Assembly: GCA_051362555.1 (NCBI GenBank)
Contig: CM120640.1
Span: 4,278,001 to 4,342,000, forward strand
DNA length: 64,000 nt
Direction: 5' to 3'
Source: Lingula anatina
Taxonomy: Eukaryota; Animalia; Brachiopoda
Of the stretch, positions 53,101-64,000 are shown one piece after another. Under the pieces are notes generated by a model that was not told the DNA's origin, ran no database searches, and saw nothing but the letters and a program-made list of their open reading frames with translations. A program made the position numbers and the translations under genes. Within the stretch, counting starts at the first letter, position 1, and each line of letters starts with the position of its first letter.

Positions 53101-53837
53101 CTGGAAATGAAAGATGGGTTGGTGAGTGAAGGAAGGAAGGAAGGAAGAGAAGGAAGTGGATGTGAGAGGGGTCAGCAATAATCTTAAACTTGTAGCAAAA
53201 GTTCAGTACCATAGGGACATTTTCTGCATTAAATTTAAAACTTCGTAAATTTTGCAATTAATTAGCACATCATTTTTCAAAAAATCAAAGCAGTGCATTC
53301 TTGAAACATACAAAAGAATAACTGGCAGGTCATATTACAAATTGGATTGTGCAAGATGACACACCATACCATAAAGTGAGAGATATGGAAAATTATCTAT
53401 TGGCCTAATAAAAAAATTATGTCATGAGTATTTTAAATAGGTAGGAAAAATGTAAAGTTGACATTGGTCTCAAAGGGTGAAGACCGACCAAAATTGCTTT
53501 TAAAAACCATAATCTCTTACTTTGCATACTTTTTGATTTATTACTTCACAGTCCTGATTTCCTTAATTCAGTTATTATTTTAAAATATTGCAACAAAGTC
53601 CACACTAAAATTTGATTGTGCTGTGTTAAAGGTAACTGTTCTCAGAAGACATTTACCTTGCCTGGACTGTCCAACGCTGTACAGGTGAGTGACTGCAGGG
53701 TACTGTCTGGCAATCTTTTCCAGAGTGGCCGTCAAAGAGGTATAGTTATGATACTGGAAAGGCACTTTTCCCCTGACAGCAGGCACATGTAGCAGACATC
53801 CCCACACAATGCTGAGAAAAGTCCAGCCCAGTGACAT
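50164..53837 (-). CDS. M14B metallocarboxypeptidase, single domain, carboxypeptidase M-like (signal peptide, probable GPI signal)
   Basis: Signal peptide [23 protein letters not shown] followed by [95 protein letters not shown] and a transthyretin-like GVKGIV...[12 protein letters not shown]. It ends in a short hydrophobic tail, [27 protein letters not shown]. Confidence 0.9.
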
Positions 53838-55211
53838 GATGTGAATTATCTGCAATATTACAATTTTACATGAAATTAAAATAATCTGCTTGGTTATTAT
53901 TTTCACAATCAAAACATTACAGTGTTTCCTTAGGGCAGAGAAGTTTTTCTGTAATAAATTACAAGACTAAACAGTGGTTAAAGTGGCTCTGGTTACCTCC
54001 TACTGAGTACCGGTAGTCTGTAGGTGCTTAAAGAAGAGGCAACAACCAACTGCTGTACTTGTTTTCAGTTTAAATTTCTTGTCCAGGGAAGCAATAGTCA
54101 AAATATACACATAAATTGGCCATAAAATGTGACACTGACAAAAATGTGAATAAACTATGGGTGATATACAGTGGTCGACAATAGTTTTGAATCAAAATAT
54201 CTTCCTTTGTCTACATATTTTACTAGATGAATCAGATATTGGTGGATGCACTTGAAATACTGCAGGTGATGTAGCTTAAAATATCATTAGTTTGTAATTC
54301 TCAAATTAGGCATTTAATGAATGCTCTCACAAGAGAAAAGAAAGATTACCAGCTGCAGTTGTACATGTTCATGTATGATCAGCTTGCCCTCTTCAATGTA
54401 ATGCTACAAACTTTATACCTTTATTCCTCATCATAAAAAAGTTGAAAGAGCAAATCCAAGATGAAGATCTCAAACCCTATGCTGGTGATACAATTTATAT
54501 CAGTAAAAAAAAAAAAAAAAAAATTAAAAAGAAAAATGGTAATGCCAGCTTTTCTCCAGGCTTAAAGTACCTACCAGTGAATATCCACACCTCTTCCTAT
54601 AAATGACTATGCGTGTTTGCATGTGAGCATAAACACCAATTTTTATAGCATCTCGTCCTTGCATTGATAATGTAGTCTGCTGGATCATATTATTCTATGC
54701 TTAACAGCCAAATGTTTAGTATCATATCAAAAGCCAAACCATACTGTTGCTCTTTATATGACAATAAAAGTCATTTTGATCACAGGATGCAGCTTAATTT
54801 TAAGTTTGATATAAACTGCTGTAAATCATGCATTTCTACCTAAAAGCTTGATTTTGTACAGTTAGATTTTGAAAACGGCACACTTTAAGTGCAAAATTTG
54901 TCAATGATTTAAAGGGATAATAACTCTTGGAGTAAACAACAATTTTCACATACTTACCAATGGTTAATGAATCCAGTCCCTGGTTTTTTTCTAAAATGTT
55001 TTTTTTTTGTCATAAATTCTTAAGAGATTATAACAGAGTATAGCCATCAGTGAAGGTCACGTGGTCTAAAGACAAGCTCAGATATCAGAATAATAGCTAT
55101 AACTGCCATTTTTGTGGTACAACAGAACATATTATATTTCTGTAAGTTGTTCACAATGTTTTCATTGTGAAATATACGAAAGATCTAATACGAAGAGTTA
55201 TTATCCCTTTA

Positions 55212-55215
<4 letters not shown>

Positions 55216-55290
<75 letters not shown>
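55216..55290. repeat. (TA)n microsatellite
   Basis: Long pure TA run between the carboxypeptidase gene and NLK. Confidence 0.95.
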
Positions 55291-55295
<5 letters not shown>

Positions 55296-55899
55296 TGTCT
55301 TATCTACAAAATGACTCTTACCTATATTTTGGATTACATTGCAAGTCTCATTGCCCAGTGGAGGTTTCTCCTAAATACCTAAAACAAAGTAATCACAATA
55401 TTACATAAAAAGAATATCCATCAAAGTTCAGCATAAGGAATGTTCAACATTTCTGCAAAATCACTGCATGTTTAAAGTAGGAAATAGAAAAAAAGAAAAA
55501 AAAGCAAAGCTTCAAAAAAAAAAAAAATGCATGGCACAATTTGCAGTATCCTCCCCCCCCCCCCCCCCAGCTGTATCTCTGTGAATTTTAGTGCTAATCC
55601 AAATAAAGTTATGTGGTAATTTAAATCAACGTCTCTGTTTACTGATCAAATGAAATATTACTCTACTCTAACTGTACATTTTGTCAGTTAAAATTAAATC
55701 AGAACACCAACACTGATCCAGTCATGTTCAAATGAATTGTCACTCCGTGTCACTTCTTTACCGTACTATGGTACATTTTGTCAGTCAAAGTAAATCAGGG
55801 CACCAACTTTGACCCGTCCTTCAAGGAGGAAAAAGGTTGACCTAACTTTGTTCCTGTCTTTACGTACATGTACGAAATATTACTTAAGCAAAATGAGGA

Positions 55900-56230
55900 C
55901 ATACGTCACACGATGTATTTTTGTAAACAACGGGTTCGGTTCACGGGCGATTTGATGTCAGCAGATGAGATTTAAGTGGGCGTGATGACTGCGTCAGTGA
56001 GTCAGTGGATTATCTACTCACCCACAATTCGAAGAATTGTCTCAAGTTACGCCGATTCTGAACAAAGATCATTTTGCCAGTAAAGAGAAAAAGGCTGTTG
56101 GTTACTACAAAAACATCGCTATATGAAACGAAGACGTCCAGTGGGCGCTGTCATCTTGGTTTGAGCACCACGGGTAATCTTTACGCTAGTCACGTGACTT
56201 CTTTGTGCGAGGCTCACCGCGTGTGAGTTT
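55900..56230 (+). promoter_or_regulatory. Probable NLK promoter, CpG-enriched, with AP-1 and E-box motifs
   Basis: TGAGTCA near 55998, palindromic GTCACGTGAC near 56189, TGGGCG boxes and local CpG enrichment. Confidence 0.5.
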
Positions 56231-56436
56231 ATCCTCCCTTTCTTTTCACACTCAATTTTATTCTCAAAATTTTATTGAAGATCCCAACGGAGGATCACCA
56301 TTTTCACCAGACACGTAGGTGAGAGCACCATTTCGGCATGAAAAATTTGTGAAGATGCAGACGTAAAGGGAAGAAGAGAAAATCGAAAGACTGTGCAGGC
56401 ACTTTGTCTGAGCAAGCAGACAGCTGAGATATTGTA

Positions 56437-63554
<7,118 letters not shown>

Positions 63555-64000
63555 TGAAGCATACTACCATTAATAATAAAGTTGTAGCTGGCAGAATCCT
63601 AGGCGCTGTAATTACTCAATAAATTTGAACTTGTGTTTGACTGTTTCAGTAGCTAAGTACTTTTATTCAGCACTAAATGTTTCAATACAAACTGTATTCT
63701 ATGTTTAGTTCTGAATATACTATTTAGGTAGTAAAGGATTGGCAATAAGAATCCATCATATTACAGACTGACAGTTAAGTTGATAGTAGGAACCTGGGTA
63801 AATCAATTTGATGTTTTATCTCCCAAAACCATGTTTCAGTTTGTGAACCAGATAAAAAGATAGAGGTATTAATAATAAAACTTAATTGCAAGTTGGGGTC
63901 AAGTAAGATGAATTGTTTACTGATGATTACATCGAGAAATAATACACACTTTGTAGTAAGTGAAGTGTTCAAAAATTTTGAATAATACCATATAGCAGTT

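Noticed and set aside
55112-55408. ORFs containing YIYIYI runs
   Set aside because: They are translations of the (TA)n microsatellite.
55672-55810. Two copies of GTACATTTTGTCAGT.AAA.TAAATCAG..CACCAAC upstream of NLK
   Set aside because: A short local duplication of ~38 bp with no TIR, TSD or other functional evidence.

Overview
AT-rich, intron-rich animal genomic DNA, probably an invertebrate such as a lophotrochozoan or mollusc (inference only). I rebuilt eight multi-exon genes by hand from splice sites and recognisable protein motifs. They alternate in strand and form four head-to-head pairs: RUSF1(-) with a PRR14/Tantalus-like gene(+), an uncharacterised WD40 gene(-) with OXSM(+), KSR(-) with RFC5(+), and a carboxypeptidase M/D-type gene(-) with NLK(+, cut off by the window end). 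The introns hold several non-autonomous transposons: two CAGGG-ended MITEs with 5-bp TSDs, a TTAA-flanked piggyBac-like 2.5 kb element, a long-TIR foldback element, a Tc1-like MITE and a LINE remnant. The most unusual structure is a near-identical 47-bp tandem array in which two diverged copies of one ~210-bp MITE sit at the same position in consecutive units. Other highlights are two U12-type introns (RFC5, NLK), a GC-AG intron (OXSM), a triple nuclear-receptor half-site between the WD40 gene and OXSM, a KSR that keeps the VAIK lysine, an Asn-to-His change in the carboxypeptidase substrate-binding motif, and apparent ancient KSR-RFC5-carboxypeptidase-NLK microsynteny. Coordinates were counted by hand and may be off by a few bases. 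No database searches were run.
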